Shown here in pieces: positions 1 to 12,919 of a DNA stretch of 64,000 nt. Below the pieces are notes generated by a model. It was not told the DNA's origin. It worked only from the letters and a program-made list of their open reading frames with translations, and did not search any database. The position numbers and the translations under genes were made by a program. The stretch is taken from the NCBI RefSeq assembly GCF_018350175.1, contig NC_058368.1, positions 222,954,001 through 223,018,000 on the forward strand, in the 5' to 3' direction. Each line of letters starts with the position of its first letter. Position 1 is the first letter of the stretch. Source of the DNA: Felis catus (taxonomy: Eukaryota).

Positions 1-626
1 GCTTGTCCTTTATTCATTTCCTTCCTTTATTTCACTGGAAAGAACCTCATGGAAGAGTTTGTATGTAAATTGTTTGGTTTCTTTTTCAAAATTTGGAAGA
101 CTTTACTAGTGAAGACATCAAAGTCTAGATTTCCTTTTGACATTTTTAATATACTAATTCAATTTCTTTAATAAATATCAGTCTATTAAATTTCTTAGAT
201 TTTTTTTTTGAGTGCCCTTTGGTGGTTTATATTTTTCAAGGAATTTGTTAGTTTAATCTAAGTTGTAGATTTCACTGGCATAAAATTATTTGTAATATAT
301 CTTTATTATCCTTTTAAAAATGTTAGTGATATTATTCATGAAATTGGCAACTTGTGACTGTCTCTCTCCCTTTATCAGTATAACTGTATTTATAAAGAAA
401 GTCTTAGTTTTGGCTTCATACTTTGAAAAATAATTTGTCTGGGTATATAATTCTTAGTTGACTTGTTTGGTTAACTATCAGCAATTTAAAGGAGTTGTTC
501 TGGGCTGCCTCGGTGGTTCAGTTGGTTGGGCATTCAACTCTAGATTTCAGATCAGGTCATGATCCCAGGGTCCTGGAATTGAGCCCCATGTGGGGCTCCA
601 TGCTGAGTGTGGAGCCTGATTGGGAT

Positions 627-657
<31 letters not shown>

Positions 658-662
658 GTCTC

Positions 663-706
<44 letters not shown>

Positions 707-2190
707 CCCCCTGCCCCTCATCCCCCCTCATGCTCTCTCAAATATAAATTAAATAATAAATAAGTAAATAAATAAATAAATGAATAAAAAGTTGTTTTTC
801 TGTTTTATAACTGGAAAATTTTGTGATTAAAAATCTGTTGTCTTTTACATCTTTGTTTTGCTGTACCTAACTTGTTTAACTGCTTTTAATATGTTCACTT
901 TATCATGTTTTTTGCGGTATGAAAATATAGGTCTACTAGGTTTATCCTGTATTGGTCCTGCCTGCAGTGGATTATGGACAAGAAATTCTAAGTTGTAATT
1001 TTCTTCATGTTTCTTGTACTTGGTGTATATTGAGATTTTGTGGTGTCATAGTGTTCATTAAATGAGAAAGATTTCTGCCTTTTTTTCCTTCAAGTATTAT
1101 TTTCTTTGCTCCCTTCATTATTTTATGGAAACAGCATTTACTTGTAAGGAAATTGCTTAAGGCTGTTTTACATTAGTCTTTAACAAATTCGTTTTCTTTC
1201 TATATTTGTTTAGGGTCAAGTTTTTATCACTATATCATGAAGCTCACAAATCTTTCCTTCCGAAATACATCCTTTCATAATATATATTAATACATATTTG
1301 CTACCTTAATTTTGAACATATAGAACTTAAATTATATTTTATTGTAGTTTAAAATATTTCATTTTTCTGCTAATTCTAATAGTTGCAAGATTTATGAGTC
1401 GGTTTACTTATGGATTTTAGAAACGCCTCTTGCATTTTAAGTAATCTTTGAGTAGATACCTGCGATTAGAAATTCTACTTTTTGTGTGTTTCATATTTTC
1501 ATATTCCTATAAATATTCTTGAGCTATTTTTTGTGATGGAGTTCAATTCCATGAAAATCGTTTGATTATTTTTTGCCTGGTTTTCAAGTTTTGTTATGTG
1601 GGCCCATAACAGCATTTAGTGTAAAGCTGTTATTTCCCACCACTGAGGTAGACTCTTTCTACGTTTTTGGCTCAATGACCTTGAATAATGGGGATGCTCG
1701 GTGTGGCTAGTAGAAAATGGCACTGTGCTTGTTGTGAAGGTCAATCACTATCACTTCTAATCATCACTGTTCCTCTATCCCTGCCCTCTTCTAGTTTTCT
1801 TACATGCCTATGCTTATTAATACGCAACTAAATTTTGCAGATTGTCTGCTGCAGCTTTCTGGAGTGGAATTCTCTCCATACTGGTACTCTGGTGTGCAAT
1901 CTGTAGTCATTTTGTTATCCCTGAATTCTCAGTTCTGTCTTCTCAAGTCAGGGAGTCTGCCAGCCTTCTTCTCTATATTTCCTCTTTCTTCTTTCCTCTT
2001 GAAAGAGTCAGAGACTTTTTCAAGATGATTTTTGTGCTTACCTTATTTTCTGTACTTTAGGGGTTGTTGTTGTTCATTGGCGATATCTAGTGTTTTAGAA
2101 AGTATTGTTTCATAAGTTTTACCTATTTTTTGATGCTTTTCAAATGGAAGGAAATGGATGCTTTTCAAATGGAATCCCCTTTTCTCCATT
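1..2190 (-). mobile_element. Ancient L1 (L1M-type) fragment, antisense; ORF2/ORF1/5' remnants, interrupted by a SINE
   Basis: T-rich strand with degenerate L1 ORF2 (ttggaagactttactagtgaag, the GFTGEFYQTF region) and ORF1-end motifs (ttgaaaaataatttgtctgggtatataattcttagttg). Confidence 0.7.
502..790 (+). mobile_element. Can-SINE (SINEC)
   Basis: tRNA-like head ggtggttcagttggtt...tcaggtcatgatc, (CT)n tract, (AAAT)n tail. Confidence 0.95.
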
Positions 2191-2287
2191 TTTTCCTGGA
2201 TTTCAAATATATACATATACCCACATATATCCAGTTGAGGAAACAAGACAGAATTAAATGTTATGTAATGATGGTATGAAGGATTAG

Positions 2288-2628
2288 TGTCTCCGTCAGC
2301 TTGTGCTGCCATAACAAAATACCATAGGCTGGGTGTTTTAAACAACAGACATTTATTTTCTCACAGTTCTGGAGGCTAGAAGTCAAAATCAAAGGTGCCA
2401 GCATGGTTAGTTTCTAGTAAAGATTCTCTTCCTGGCTTTTGAGATGGCATCTTCTTACTGTGTTCTCATAATAGCAGGAAGAAAGAGAGAGAGCAAACTC
2501 TCAGGTGTACCTTCTTATAAAGGTACTAATCTCATCAGGAAGGCACCAGGCTCATAACCTTAGCAAAACTATATTGCAAAGATCTATGTTCAAATACCAT
2601 CACACTGGGAAAATGCAACTTAGAACAT
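2288..2628 (-). mobile_element. MLT1 (ERVL-MaLR) solo LTR
   Basis: gctgccataacaaaataccata...ttctcacagttctggaggctagaagtc MLT1 signature. Confidence 0.85.
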
Positions 2629-2935
2629 AGCTACTTATAAGGATTATTTGAGGTAAATGCTCTAATTTTCTTAGTGGGGTAGATATTTAATTTCAGGATT
2701 CTTAAAATCTAGTTGATTAACTTGATTTCATTTTTTTAAATTTATTAATTACCTGTATGTTTCAGATATAAATTTCCACTGAAAAGTCTGGTTGGTTATT
2801 TGATTACTCATAAAATATGGCCTTCCTAAACTAAAATAATAAGAGTATTAATAAATAAGAGTACTTAAGTATTAAGGTACTCTTCCTAAAATACATACTC
2901 TTTACCACAATCAGAATTACAAATATAATAGTCCT

Positions 2936-3150
2936 GGGGTGCCTGGGTGACTCAGCTGGTCAAGCATCTGACTTCAGCTCAGGTCATGACCTCACAGTTC
3001 CTGAGTTCTAATCCAGCAACGGGCTCTGTGTTGGTAGCTCAGACCCTGGAGCCTACTTCAGATTCTGTGTCTCCCTCTCTCCAGGCCCCTCTCCTGCTCC
3101 CACTCTGTTTCTGTCTCTCCCTCTCAAAAATAAATAAATATTAAATAAAA
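2936..3150 (+). mobile_element. Can-SINE
   Basis: ggggtgcctgggtgactcag head, A tail, TSD-like aatagtc(c/t)t. Confidence 0.95.
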
Positions 3151-3276
3151 ATAGTCTTACACTTCCTAATCAAAGTCTTTTGTTTTCCTCAGAGTAAATC
3201 TTTTAACTAATGTAGCATGTATAGCTGAACACCACTTTTCAACCATTGCACACGTAAAACAACACATTTTAAAACA

Positions 3277-3490
3277 GGGCACTGGGTCCCTCATTCCGTT
3301 AAGCATCCAATTCTTCATGTTTGCTCAGGTCATGATCTCACAGTTCATGAGATTGAGCCCCGCGTTGGGCTCTGTGTTGACAATGTGGAGCCTGCTTGGG
3401 ATTCTCTCTCTCCCTCTCTCTTTCTTCCTACCTTGCTCTCTCTCTCTCTCTCTCAAAATTAATAAATAAACATTATTATTTTTTTAAATA
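3277..3490 (+). mobile_element. Can-SINE (diverged)
   Basis: gctcaggtcatgatctc...gcctgcttgggattctctct, CT tract, aataaa tail. Confidence 0.9.
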
Positions 3491-4616
3491 AAGGTTTTAT
3501 GTTTCTTATTTTTTTCCTCTTAATTTTTTTACCTTTATATCTCTATAAAATATATCAATGTAACATGTCTTGGTCTCAATATAGCATGTACGGACAGGTC
3601 AAAAGTAAAATACATCCCATTCGGGCAAAGTAGAAAAAAGTGGAGTCTTGATGGTGAAAACAGCGATGCAAACAGAAGTGTTGAAATTCCTCAAAGTATA
3701 GACAGCTTCAAAACACTTTTGGGTGCACATGCTAATCTAAATAAAAAATAACTTTAATGATATTTGAACAAAACTCAATAACTATACTTAGTTAATCAGT
3801 ACTGATTTGTCTCCTTTTCTTCAATGTATCACAGTTATGTAAAATAACATAGTTATGTTTATTTCAAATATTTAGGTTTAAGCTATACTGTCTTCAAGAA
3901 TCCATTGCCTGAGGATTTAAGTTCATAAAGTGATAATGAAACCTATAGATCATTTGTGACAGTAAGAAAAATCATCAAATTCAATTTTCAAATTGCCTTC
4001 TTCTCCTAGTCTCTATCTACCCCAAATGGTACCAATAGACATTTTTATAAAAAACAGAAAAATAAGAAGAAATGAGAGTTGAAAATCTCAAATATTTTTA
4101 TAAAATCATTTTAAAATTTCTTTTATTATTTTGCCATTTAGTCTTAAGGACAGTAAATTTTTATGTTCATGTTTGGAAAAACAAAGTCTTAGAAAGGTTC
4201 TAGTGTTTATTTTTATTAAACTGACATACTACTATTTTACTTTTGACAATCTAGTACCCATTCCTTTTTAACAATAGAAATCTATTGCTGTGATTTAAAA
4301 ATTATTATTACTATAATTTTAACATTTATAATATAGTAACAAATATATTAAAATTGTGATATTAAAACATCTTTTATTGTCTTAACTTGAATGAAGCAAA
4401 TAAGCTAAAATAATTCTATTTATTCTTCAAAAGCAGTGTCTGACAATAATTCTTTCTGCTATTTTCAAACTTTTTAATCTTTACAGATTAATCTTTACAG
4501 ATGCCTTGTTTCATAATTTGTAACATAATTTGTAAATTGATGGTATTGTTATTTCTAACATGACTTGAAGCTGCTCTTTGAGACCTTTATGAATTTCACT
4601 GAATTCTGATTATTTA

Positions 4617-4637
4617 GTCACCACTAGGGGGAGCTAA
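4617..4637 (+). promoter_or_regulatory. Candidate CTCF binding site
   Basis: CCACTAGGGGGAGCTA (4621-4636) closely matches the CTCF core CCAC(C/T)AG(G/A)GGGC(G/A)C and lies in non-repeat AT-rich DNA. Confidence 0.6.
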
Positions 4638-6556
4638 ACCCCCTAAAGTTCAATTAGTGACATTTTTTAAGTGATTCACTTTTAAAATGCTTCACTTAGG
4701 ATGCAATTTTGATTGTGAGATTTGTATACAGGTGACATTTTGTATATAAAAGAGGTTTAAACAAAAGAGTGTAGCGATGATGGATGAATGGAACTCACTA
4801 TCCGGCTTACCACTGCTAGGAACCAACTGGAAAAGAATCCAAATAGTTCTGCCCTGTGTTATGGATCTCTTGCTATGCGCATTGAACAATCATTTCACAC
4901 GAATGATAGAGTTTTAGCACCCATACTTTTTTCACCTCCTTATTCTTCTCTGTACATTTTCATCACATATGTATCATTAGGATAATTTCTCAACAAAGCT
5001 TCAGGCTGCTAAGAGTATTTTTCTTTTCTGTTGAGAGAAAGGAGACAAATTTGGGAAATTTTGGAAACCTTTGGGTTCCAGTGCATGGTGTGAAATACAA
5101 CATAAAGCAACTGATCCCCAGAAGACTTGGAATGATTAAACTCTGTTAAATGGAATAAACCTGAAGGACCAGGTAGAACACAACTGAAACATAATCTTAA
5201 TAATAATCATAATCATAGGTAATCCAGATGTATACTAAATGAAGGCACATATAGGACATGTGACAAAATAAAAAAAAAAAATCCAGTCATTGCTAAGCAG
5301 ATTACTAGGTGAAACAAGATGCTTATTGGTCATTAATGAAAAACTAGAATTTATTTTTGTGTGTAAACAGCAAGATGGTTCAGGCAGTAATAAATTCCTA
5401 TATTAGGAAGCCCAGCTTCTATAGTCCCTGAAATAGAGATAGCAGATAATTTTGGGTTGAATGTCAAATGAATAGGGAACATTGGATTTTGAGAACATGT
5501 TTTGAAGTGTTACCAGTATTTTCTAGGCCCAGAGTCATCATTAATTTCTCTAAGGCCTTCAGTACCTCGACGGACGATGCAGAACTATGTCTCAGATGCC
5601 CTGATTTCTAGTGGACTACATCTCTCCGTGTCCCACACTGATCCACAAAGGGCTTCAGGTTAGGCACCCACAATTATTTAGCCCCACAATTATTATTTTA
5701 TAAATGGAAAGTATTGTTCCTAATGAAGGAACATTTTATGACGTAGATCATAAAGAACTTTAGTGACTACTGAATTTAGAGACACTCACCAGTTCTGTCT
5801 CACTTTCCTAAAGGACATAATCGGTATGATTGCTGTACTAAAGAAAAAAATTATAAGTGCAATGCCTAGAACCTAAACAAACTGTATCCTTATACAGAGA
5901 TAAATACTGTGAATAATATACCTTAATGTGCTGGATTCTACAGAAAATAAATAATGGAAATAACACTCTAATCATATTATTAATTTATAATGCTCCTCTC
6001 AAAACAGAATCTGGGACACTATGTGAGGAACAAACAAAAATTATACCGATCTGGGCACCTTGCCCAGAAATACAACCACCAAAAATATACATAACTATGG
6101 GAGAAAAAAAAACAACATTCTAGTCAAAAGAAAAAATAGCTGGAGAGAAAATAAAGAAAGGAAAAAAAATTACTGAATTAAAAATGAAAATGCTGTAATT
6201 GTAACTGTTGGTAAATATGATGATCCCATCAGATTTATTAACAACTTTGAATATTACTGAAAGGGAATAAGATAGGGTGACTAAAATAGAAGAATAACTA
6301 TTTTACTAATAAGGAATAATGCCAAAAAAATCTATTCACTGACCAAAATAAAGATACTTTTAGGATACCAGAAAGCATCATTAATAGAGCAAAGATTGTT
6401 TAGCTCCTGGCCTTTCTTCTAGGTGAAATAACCCATGGTCTCAGATGTTCAGATGGAAGAGCTTAGGGAGCAGATCTTTTCAATATGCTAATTACAATTA
6501 GTGTATATGTTTAGGGTTGTGGATCTTTGTGGTGGCTGAGAATATTTGTGTGTGTA

Positions 6557-6559
<3 letters not shown>

Positions 6560-6600
<41 letters not shown>
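6560..6600. repeat. (GT)n microsatellite
   Basis: About 20 consecutive GT units. Confidence 0.98.
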
Positions 6601-6603
<3 letters not shown>

Positions 6604-8396
6604 ATATTTAAGGAGACAGAACTTTAAATTGCCTAGATGAGGTTTATGTAAAGCTTCAATGAGTTGCAATAATAAGAACATTTTTCTGTCTTCAGCAAAC
6701 AACATATGATTCTAAATTCTGGGTTAAATTTTAAGCAGCAATATGGTCTTATACACTTATACATAAAATTAAAGCTTGGGGTCTTGACAGCCTTTTTAAT
6801 ATGTCCCAGTTCTATTCTCTACCATTCCCACTGACATCCTCTTATGGCAAAAAAAAAAAAAAAGAAAAAAAGAAAAGAAGAAACAACAGGGCATCCATAT
6901 TTGGGGAAAAAAAGACTATTGCTCAATTATCAATCAGAAAATTTACCAGGCCATGCTTGGAATCATACATGAATGTGAATTAAGCTAACATAAGCTACCT
7001 TAAATACGTTTTCATTAGAAATGAGGCTACACAGCTGATGAGAAAGAAGAGTGTCTGCGACTGTGAAGAAAAGGATTGTGAAAGAACGCAAAGCCATTAT
7101 ACTGACCTCTGCCCTCACAGTACTTTTCTTCAATTTTGAAGACAAAAATTTCTAGCCAATAGGAAATGTTTTGGGAGAAATGGGCAGGGAGTGTGACATT
7201 GCTAGGGCTGGAGACAGGATTAATAAAAAGATGAATTAAAGAGATGAATAAGAAATAACCAAAAGGTAGAAGGAAGACCAAACAAAACACAAGTTTTGTC
7301 ATTGAAGCCAAGGACAGATAATTTCCATTAAGAAGATCGGGTCAATACTGTCAAATATTGCAGGAAGTCAAAAAAGACATGTCTTGATACTCCAGAGTTG
7401 GCATAAAGACATTACTTGTTGATCTTAGAAAAGCAATGTCAACTGAATGGTGAGGCTATTACCCAGACTGCGGTCGGTTGAAGATTGATCTGGAAGTATT
7501 GAAGGAGCAGTGCCCATGGCAAAGAAAAAAAAAAAAAAAAGACTGCAGAGAAAAATAGGACTAAAATATTTTGTGTTCTCTTGCTTAGTTAAATGAAAGA
7601 AATCTGAATATATTTCAAAACTCAGAGGAAGAGGATTGTGGAACAAGGGTTGACGTGTAGGAAAGGAAGAAAATAATTGCCCTTTCACATTTCTGAGATG
7701 TAAATGAAAAGGATTCAAAATACAGTAGAAGGGCCACACTGGAAGCTATGGAGTGGAGAAAACCAGGTTAGAACATTGCTAAGTTTGTGTGAGTTGGGTG
7801 AGGATTGATTCTTGCAACTGAATGACATCTAATGTCATTATGAAATAGGAGCTCAGTCTTATGCTCGTCATGTGTGAGTACATGTTGGATTAAGACACTG
7901 TGGAAAGTACAAGCTGAAATAAACACTAGGAACGAATGAATTGGCTAGAAAGCTGTCTGGAAAAACAAAAGACTTTAGCACAATTTTATTAGCCACCTTC
8001 ATGCTGGGAAACAGAACTTTGCAAATAGACTCTCTGACTTTGGTTTTTAAAATTGTGTAGAAAACGTAGATGTAAGGAGTCACATAAATAGAATATTGAG
8101 TACATCAAAGGTCATACAAAGGAGGAGGAAGACAAAATAAAACCAATACAGTGACAGTATTGTCAAGAGTGTGGTTGGATCTTACCAATTATGGGTTGTT
8201 TTGGATGAAAATGGAGAACATGGAAAGAGCTGGTGTATATGGAGAAAGTAGTTGGGTCAAGAGAGTAGGAAATGAATAAGAGAAAAGTAGCACTGGGAGG
8301 ATCAGAGTGAGGGAGACCATGACAATTGCTTACATCTGGACTATGATTTGAATACAATGGCTTAAAGACATCAGAGGAGGTTAATGAAGATAGTGT

Positions 8397-8398
<2 letters not shown>

Positions 8399-8437
<39 letters not shown>
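8399..8437. repeat. (GT)n microsatellite
   Basis: Direct observation. Confidence 0.98.
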
Positions 8438-8438
<1 letters not shown>

Positions 8439-8562
8439 AGAAATGTGGTGGCTGTTAAAATCAAGAAAGTGACTAAGAGTCGATGCATCAGAGAACACTG
8501 AAGAACAGTGGAACAGGGAGGGAAGAAATATGGAGGCATTGAGTTTTAAAGTGAATGGTTGG

Positions 8563-8705
8563 TGGTATTCCTGGGTGGCTCAGTCACTTCCGACTCTTGA
8601 TTTTGGCTCAGGTCATGTCTCATAGTGAGTTGGAGCTTGGGATTCTCTCTCTACCCTTCCCCTTCTCTCCAAATAAATAAATAAACTTTTTTAAATTAAA
8701 AAGTA
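8563..8705 (+). mobile_element. Can-SINE, internally deleted
   Basis: ctgggtggctcagtc...gactcttgattttggctcaggtcatg, aaataaata tail. Confidence 0.85.
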
Positions 8706-9650
8706 ATAAAATGAGAGGTAGCAAATTTATACAGAGTAGTTTCAGTGAGTTCTGAAGACTAGGGTCACAGCAGTTAAACAGTAAGTGGGAAGTCTGAGTT
8801 ACATATAAAAGTAAAATACTGTGAAAAGAAAAGACAAGATAGATGGTGGTGGCTACAGAAGGTGCAGAATGAAGGAAAGAATCATTTTATATGTTCACTT
8901 TTTGGCATAGAGACTCTCAGGGTCCAGGGAAGCCATCAAATTATTAACAATGAGGAAGTGTGAATATTTAAGATACATGGTATAAATGATTAGAAATCAA
9001 CCTAGTAAAGAATGGTAACCAGAAGCATCTTGGGGGCGGGGGGGGGGGGGAAGGCATTTAAAGAAGATAATCCTCCAAGAGTGTCTGAAGAGAAAAGCAG
9101 TATTTGAGCATATTAGAAATATTTGCATTATCTCTTCTTATAATGTGTTCACTACCTTACTTTTTGGGACTTACCATATTTCCATATGGCATTCATTTGT
9201 ATTATATTTTTAACAGGTATATGAATAACTTGTCTCTCTAATAATATCGTAAATTTGTTGGGGAAGCATCTCAGAATGAATTGAGATTTTGATAATATCC
9301 AAAATATATACTCCAGGATCTTTACATATTATATGTTTTAAAAATACTTCCTAGATGCATTTATTATCAAAAAATAAACATTAAACATGCATATTTGCTT
9401 GTGAAATTTAACTTTGTGTACATTGACAATGGAAATTAAATGATTGGTTTAAAAAATGAAAAAATATAGAGTTCACTATGTTGGTTTCTTATTTAAATAA
9501 TTGCCTGAGGACTAATAAATTTAGCATAAGATATGTGATGATTCTCCTTTCTCATTTCCATCTATAGAAGTAGAATCTACTAACAAATCATTATGAAATG
9601 GATAAAAAATAAAATATAGGTAGGGATATATAGCCATAAACATAATTTTC

Positions 9651-9866
9651 TTTTTTTTAAGTTTTTATTTTATTTTATTTTATTTTGAGAGAGAGAGAGA
9701 GCACACACACGAGTCGAGGAGAGGCAGAGAGAGACAGAGACTGGGAATGCGAACCAAGCTCTGCACTGTCAGCTCAGAGCCCGACACAGGGCTTGAACTC
9801 ATGAATCGTGAGATATGACCTGAGCTGAAATTGGACAATCAAACTATTGAGCCATCCAGGCTCCCC
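9651..9866 (-). mobile_element. Can-SINE
   Basis: T tail, (GA)n, ...gagccatccaggctcccc; TSD-like ataattttct on both sides. Confidence 0.95.
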
Positions 9867-11459
9867 AGAAATAATTTTCTAATAACTAAATTTACTAAAT
9901 GTATTTCAACAAATATTCTTAATGTATTCTAAAAAAAATAATGTTCCAACTCCATAACTTTAGTTCAATAAAAGTTATATCCAATATTTGTCTCCTCTGT
10001 TGGGACTACCATAATAACCTAGATATTTTCAGTATCTTGAATGTACTGTTAGGTTATGAAAGTAAATAATTCTGCCACTTTATAACAATATACAATTTGT
10101 TATAATTATTTAAGAGCTACAAATGGTAATGTGATATTGATTTCTTAGTTTACTGAAGAGTCTAATTTAAGCAATAAGAAAAGTTGTATTTTTTAGCGGT
10201 GATTTTAGAAGACCTGTTTTTAGAGTTTTATTTATTTATTTATTTTGCTTTTAAACTGAGAATTTCCTTTAAAATGATAACTACTTCACTTTTGAAAAAT
10301 CTTCCATCAACTCTATCAAGAGCTAAATATTCTAATTGTATTGTATGTGTGGCATAAGTCACATCAATTGAGAAGTGATTCATTTGAACAAACATTATAT
10401 TAGTAAAGTTAACATATTGTTCATTTGCTTTTGATTATAATAATCACCCAAGATCACTATGCAGCTGAAACATGAATTGTCAAATATAATTTTGGTTCTT
10501 ATTCATGACAGTGACAGATAAATTCCAACTACTGTTTTACAAATTTTCACTTAAAATAGTTGATTTAGTAGTGTGTATTAAAAAATATTCTTTTGAGTAT
10601 CACATTTTAGATTTCCAAAGGCCAGTGTGTTTGTGCATATGTATCGGCAGATTTTGCTGTTTTCTTTAACATTTGCTATTACATACCTTTTCAAAGACAT
10701 ATTTCAGACTCAAATGCTTTTTGATGCAAGGTATGTAACATGCATATAAAAAGTACTTATTGAATTTCTTCAATCCAGAAGATCTCGATGTCTATATTTT
10801 TCTACCATCACTTCCTGCAAACATGTTCTGGCATGTGACCTTCCACCAGACAGGACCATGGACAGATCCCATGTTCTTCTAATTATTTACAATTAGACTA
10901 TTTCTTTATGGTAATAACAACTTATTTTCAGGTATTTTCAAGCTTGCTAAATTCCAACTTAAAACCTTCCACTTTGCATCTAATTCAGACATCCTTGCCA
11001 TGTGGAGTAAATTTCATTCAAGATGGTTCAGGCCATGCCACCTTCTGTGGGCATCCATTTTGTCCAGGGGAACTTCACTCCTTCTTTCCATACCAAATGC
11101 ATGCTGACTTACAGCTACTATTTCTCTGACATTTAACATCACCGATAACTCCAACAAACCCCTATTGCTTTCATAATTCTTCATGAGAGGAGAAAGTGCT
11201 CAACTCCAAGTTGTTGTCTGCTTACCATGCTTTATGGAAAAACATGCATTTTTAACATCTTGAACTCTCCACCACTAAGGACTGTAGTGATCTTATGAGT
11301 TTCTACAGGTCAGCAAACATTCAATGTATTTCAGATAAAGTATAGTGATGGTGGTGGTTGTGGAGGTGATATTAATGATTACAGCTGAGATACTACATAA
11401 ATCTTATCTCTTTTATCTACTATTTTCCTGACAGAGAGAGCAGATTATTCACCCCTGTA

Positions 11460-11920
11460 TCCATTTATTCAACAAATGTTTATCCATATTCCTTGCATCT
11501 TCCTAAGCATGAGAATACAACAGTGAACAGAACAAAGTCAGTATTTTTCTCTTTCAGAGGAGATTATCTTCTAGTTGTGAAAAATGGTTTGTCAGAGGAG
11601 GTGATAAAAGTCGTGAAGGAAAAGTAACATAAGGTAGGAAGGTAGACAATGAATTCTTGGATATATATTATAATAGTATTGTCAGAGAAGAGATCATTGA
11701 TGAGGTGACATTTGAACAATGACGTATAAATGGCAAAGGAGCCATCCAAATAGAGAAGAGTTTCTTATGAGTATAAAGAAGGTTTCTTGTTAATGTAAAG
11801 GCTTTACTTCATATGTTTATAAAGTAGCTGGAAGGACAATGTGGGGCTGAAGGCAAGAAGTGAGTAGGAGAGTGAGAAGGAGTGCAATCAGAGGAGACAG
11901 TGTATCATGTATGAATGCAT
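11460..11920 (-). mobile_element. L2 3' end
   Basis: catttattcaacaaatgtttat...gaatacaacagtgaacagaacaaagtc. Confidence 0.75.
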
Positions 11921-12395
11921 GTTCACATATTAGAATGAGTGTTTGTAACACAACAGAATATTCAGAAACATTGTCATTTTCCCAGTAAATGTTTTATATA
12001 ATCATTACAAAACAAACTCTTGCAAATTAGACAAAATTAACTTACAATGGAAAGATTTGGCAAGCTTTTATATCATAATTTGAAGCATTCATCAAAAAAG
12101 AGAAAGCACTATTTGTTCTTTAATTTAAAAGAATGCATTGCATTATTTCAGCAAAGTTTTAACCAAAAGGCATGTGAATAGAATATGTTTAGCAGAAAAT
12201 AGTAAATCAATATTAATGATAGCTTATCCAGTACAAATTGATTTTGTCATAAATTAAAACTTGAAATAAAAAAAAGGGGGGGGGAAGAAATCCAGAATTC
12301 TGCCTAACCAAAATCCAATTTAGTGGTGCATGTTCCTATATCCATTAGCAACATACTCATGTTATGAATTTGGTTTAAAATATAAAAAATATAAA

Positions 12396-12570
12396 GAGGC
12401 ACCTGGGTGGGTCAGTCGGTTAAGCATCTGAGTCTTGATTTCAATTCAGGTCATGGTCTCATGATTTGTGAGTTCAAACCCCACATTGGGCTCTGCACTG
12501 ACAGCACAGAGCCTGCTTGAGATTCTCTTTCTCCCTCTCTCTCTGACCCTCCCCAGCTTGTACTTCTGTG

Positions 12571-12601
<31 letters not shown>

Positions 12602-12640
12602 TTTAAGATAAATTTTTAAAAAAAGAACAAAAAATACAAA
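12396..12640 (+). mobile_element. Can-SINE (older type)
   Basis: ggcacctgggtgggtcagtcggttaagc head, CT tract, A-rich tail. Confidence 0.95.
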
Positions 12641-12661
12641 GCAATATAAAAGGATTTATCA

Positions 12662-12919
12662 GGGGCGCCTGGGTGGCGCAGTCGGTTAAGCGTCCGACTT
12701 CAGCCAGGTCACGATCTCACGGTCCGTGAGTTCAAGCCCCGTGTCAGGCTCTGGGCTGATGGCTCGGAGCCTGGAGCCTGTTTCCGATGCTGTGTCTCCC
12801 TCTCTCTCTGCCCCTCCCCCGTTCATGCTCGGTCTCTCTCTGTCCCAAAAATAAATAAAAACGTTGAAAAAAAAATTTAAAAAAATAAATAAATAAATAA
12901 ATAAAATAAAAATAAATAA
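12662..12919 (+). mobile_element. Young felid SINE (SINEC_Fc-like)
   Basis: CpG-rich ggggcgcctgggtggcgcagtcggttaagcgtccgacttcagccagg; perfect 16-bp TSD ATAAAAGGATTTATCA (12646-12661 / 12920-12935). Confidence 0.97.

Larger units (their letters stand above)
7140..8900 (-). mobile_element. L2 LINE remnants, highly decayed; contain (GT)n and a SINE
   Basis: GA-rich antisense L2-like text, e.g. gtcattgaagccaagg...ggtcaatactgtcaaatattgcag. Confidence 0.55.

Noticed and set aside
3586..3750. Open frame after aatatag (CTDRSKVKYIPFGQ...NKK*) as a terminal exon
   Set aside because: Weak acceptor, no recognisable homology, length compatible with chance
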